Below are positions 62,015 to 64,000 of a stretch of DNA of 64,000 nucleotides, in pieces. A model generated the notes under the pieces. That model saw only the letters and a program-made list of their open reading frames with translations. It made no database searches and was not told the origin of the DNA. A program made the translations under genes and the position numbers. Position 1 is the stretch's first letter; each line of letters begins with the position of its first letter. The stretch covers positions 20,087-84,086 of the forward strand of contig JACVCL010000003.1 in the NCBI GenBank assembly GCA_016742075.1, in the 5' to 3' direction. Source of the stretch: Phycisphaerales bacterium (GTDB lineage Bacteria; Planctomycetota; Phycisphaerae; Phycisphaerales; UBA1924).

Positions 62015-64000
62015 CTAGAACGGCGGGATCGTCACGATCACCGTCTGTGAAAGGCTCACGCCGACCGGGGTGACGAAGACCATGATCTGCCCGCTGGTCG
62101 TCGTCGCGTTCGGTGCGGTGACACGCATGAGCCGCAGGTAGAACGCGCTGTCGCCGAAGAGCTGCGTGTTCTGCGTGGCAGGCGGGAACGCGACGCCGGG
62201 GGGCACGAACCAGACGGCGTTGAGCACCGGGCCCCAATCGCTGATGCCGAGCGGGGCGGTGTTGGTGCCGAGGAAGCCGATCGTCGAGGGGTTGATGGCC
62301 CCGATGCAGAGGTAGCTGTCGAAGGCGAGGCACGGGGCCGATCCGTTGCGGATGACAGGCGGGCCGTTGTCGGTGGCGGCGGCATGCTGGAAGATCGGCC
62401 CCGAGAACTGGATCTGCACGCCATCGCCCGCGCCCTGGCCCGATGCGACGACGCCGACGGTGTTCGGGGCCGACATCCGGATGTACAGGTCGGCGGTCTT
62501 GGTGCCGGCGAGGTTGACGGCGGGCCAGTCCTCATCGGCGTTCGCCGGCGCGTTGCAGGCGCCGTTGTCGATCGTCTTCCACACGGCCGTCACGCCGATC
62601 GGGCCGGTGGGGCCGGTTGACCCGGTCGGGCCGGTACTCCCAGTGGGGCCGGTGCTGCCGGTGGGACCGGTCGGCCCACTGGGCCCGCTCGGGCCCGAGG
62701 GTCCCGAGGGTCCGGATGGGCCGGTGGGGCCCGATGGGCCGCTGGGCCCTGAAGGGCCGCTGGGGCCGGAAGGCCCGGTGGACCCCGTCGGCCCGGTTCC
62801 GCCGCTGGGGCCGGAAGGGCCGGTTGAACCGGTCGGCCCGGTGCCGCCGCTGGGGCCCGTTGGCGGGTTGGAACCGCCGGTGGGCGTCTGCCAGCAGGAG
62901 GCGCAGTGCGGGACCTGCACGTTGACGGTTTGCACCACGCCGGCCGGGCCGACAGCCATGCCGACGGCGAGCGTGCCCGACAGGTTGGCCAGGCCCTTGG
63001 GGGCGGTGAACCGACCGAGGAAGACGTAGTACGCGTTGTCGCCGAACTGAGCCGGGTTCTGAACCCCTGTGACCTGAGACAGCGTGAACCAGAGCGAGCG
63101 GACCGTGGGCGACCACGGGACGGCGCTCGTGCCTTTCGGGTACACGATCGACACCGGGGCCGTGTTCAGCGCGAGGTAGGTGTCGAACCGGAGACACGGG
63201 TCGGAGGTCGGGCCGGGGAAGAGATCGTTGCCGAGAGTGTTCTGATACGGCGGCGCGGAGATCGACAGCCCCGGCGACTCGATGCCCGAGTCGACGGTGA
63301 GGACCCGGTCGGTGGTCTGCAGGCGCAGGTAGAGATCGTTGGTGAGGAACGATCCCTTGAGTGTTGGGCAGCCGGTGTTGTCGACCGGAACCCATGCCAC
63401 CCCCAGCCCCGACGAGGACGACCCGTTGTTGTTCGGGAACACCACGGGGCCGCCGCCACCGCCGCCGCCGCCCAATCCGCCGGAACCGGAGCCAGAACCG
63501 CTACCGCCTGATCCGCTCGAGCCCCCGGAGCCCCCCGACGATCCCGACCCGTTCCCGCCGCTGCCGCTGCCGGACGAGCCTGAACCGGATGAGCCCACTC
63601 CGCCGGTGCCGGTTCCGACCGTTCCGCCGAACTGGCCGCGGCCGGCCATCCAGTCGGAGAGCATCTGCCGGGCCTCGGGGGTGAGGTTCGAGTACTGGGC
63701 GAACGGGTCGTTGGACCCCGATCCGGAGCCGGCCTGCGCCGTTTGGCCGCGGCCTCGCGGCTGGTTGACGTTCAGCGGCTGGTACCCGGGGTTCGTCACA
63801 CCGTTCGACCCGACCCGGCCCGCGAACGGCCCGGCGACATTGCCCTGCGGCGCATTGACCTGCATCTTCCCGAAGTTGGTCTGGTCGGCGTTCGGAGTTC
63901 CCTGGGGCAGGGTCCCGGCGATGCTCCCGGTGATGCCCGGCGGGCGCCCCGATCCCGGGCCGCGGGCGTTCTGCTCGTTGTAGTTCCGAGGAGTGGTGGC
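62015..64000 (-). CDS. Collagen-like triple-helix repeat protein with duplicated flanking domain (5' partial in this window)
   Basis: The first in-window ATG is at 63865, but I translated the same frame upstream to position 64000 and found no stop codon. The ATG-defined N-terminus also has no signal peptide, so the gene probably starts beyond the window. It contains a Gly/Ser linker, domain A, 29 G-X-Y triplets and domain B. Confidence 0.75.
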   Translation of the reverse strand, partial: ATTPRNYNEQNARGPGSGRPPGITGSIAGTLPQGTPNADQTNFGKMQVNAPQGNVAGPFAGRVGSNGVTNPGYQPLNVNQPRGRGQTAQAGSGSGSNDPFAQYSNLTPEARQMLSDWMAGRGQFGGTVGTGTGGVGSSGSGSSGSGSGGNGSGSSGGSGGSSGSGGSGSGSGSGGLGGGGGGGGPVVFPNNNGSSSSGLGVAWVPVDNTGCPTLKGSFLTNDLYLRLQTTDRVLTVDSGIESPGLSISAPPYQNTLGNDLFPGPTSDPCLRFDTYLALNTAPVSIVYPKGTSAVPWSPTVRSLWFTLSQVTGVQNPAQFGDNAYYVFLGRFTAPKGLANLSGTLAVGMAVGPAGVVQTVNVQVPHCASCWQTPTGGSNPPTGPSGGTGPTGSTGPSGPSGGTGPTGSTGPSGPSGPSGPSGPSGPTGPSGPSGPSGPSGPSGPTGPTGSTGPTGSTGPTGSTGPTGPIGVTAVWKTIDNGACNAPANADEDWPAVNLAGTKTADLYIRMSAPNTVGVVASGQGAGDGVQIQFSGPIFQHAAATDNGPPVIRNGSAPCLAFDSYLCIGAINPSTIGFLGTNTAPLGISDWGPVLNAVWFVPPGVAFPPATQNTQLFGDSAFYLRLMRVTAPNATTTSGQIMVFVTPVGVSLSQTVIVTIPPF
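62597..62857 (-). repeat. Coding G-X-Y (collagen-like) triplet array, 29 uninterrupted triplets
   Basis: [27 protein letters not shown] (GPS)5 GPT (GPS)5 GPT GPT (GST GPT)3 GPI. It includes an imperfect 45-nt direct duplication ([15 protein letters not shown] x2) and is encoded with mixed synonymous codons. Confidence 0.9.
63449..63625 (-). repeat. Coding Gly/Ser-rich low-complexity linker ending in a Gly8 run
   Basis: [59 protein letters not shown]. Confidence 0.85.

Noticed and set aside
62597-63625. Repetitive DNA in the collagen-like gene, considered as a CRISPR array or other non-coding tandem repeat.
   Set aside because: The repeat unit is 9 nt (G-X-Y) or irregular Gly/Ser codons inside one long open frame. 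There is no alternating repeat-spacer structure of CRISPR size, and no cas genes are present.
62346-63983. Plus-strand ORFs 62346-63029 and 63339-63983, whose translations also look collagen- or Pro-rich ([12 protein letters not shown]..., [15 protein letters not shown]).
   Set aside because: These are mirror images of the minus-strand G-X-Y and Gly/Ser repeats (GGN/CCN periodicity reads as Gly-Pro on both strands). Only the minus-strand frame continues into two conserved globular domains.
1-64000. Scan for mobile elements, prophage genes, toxin-antitoxin pairs, restriction-modification or other known defence systems, and RNA genes.
   Set aside because: No transposase, integrase, recombinase, nuclease-helicase pair, TIR/SIR2/STAND-like ORF, tRNA-like cloverleaf or rRNA segment was recognisable. 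All gaps longer than 100 nt look like promoter, leader or terminator regions.

Overview
Very GC-rich (third codon positions almost all G/C), densely coding bacterial chromosomal segment. I call 52 protein-coding genes, 4 stem-loops (3 terminators with a U-tract and 1 intercistronic hairpin) and 3 low-complexity or homopolymer repeats. I saw no rRNA, tRNA, CRISPR array, transposase, integrase, phage or recognisable defence genes. Several features point to a Planctomycetota (Phycisphaerae-like) origin, which is inference only: prepilin-type N-methyl proteins with an H-X9-DG motif, PEP-CTERM-type anchors, dockerin-like loops, giant beta-propeller/S41 proteases, and frequent 4-nt start/stop overlaps. 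All family calls come from reading the translated ORFs and recalling family signatures; nothing was searched. Housekeeping genes: trpA, type III glutamine synthetase, an adenylate-kinase-like gene, recJ, pdhABC, mfd, purC, comEA, an M42 peptidase and a GcvT/YgfZ-like gene. Four accessory loci deserve a second look. (1) A 16-gene, about 15.7-kb single-strand type IV filament locus (17829-33566). It carries a histidine kinase, a CheY-like receiver, a GAF/HD-GYP protein and a STAS protein between the secretin/pilotin genes and the PilB-type ATPase, chained to the ATPase by overlapping start/stop codons. (2) A four-gene operon (7422-11390) of SAM-methyltransferase, DPPR-synthase-like UbiA prenyltransferase, GT-C glycosyltransferase and HAD phosphatase, joined by three ATGA overlaps. 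This suggests a lipid-linked pentose donor pathway, and a YdjI/YdjG-like SPFH plus zinc-ribbon pair sits directly upstream on the same strand. (3) A collagen-like protein (62015 to the window edge) with 29 uninterrupted G-X-Y triplets between two copies of an unrecognised Cys-containing domain. (4) Two paralogous proteases of about 1240 aa with tricorn-type architecture, each carrying a different insert. Start codons were refined from the ORF track wherever a signal peptide, a conserved N-terminus or a stop/start overlap supported a shorter gene.
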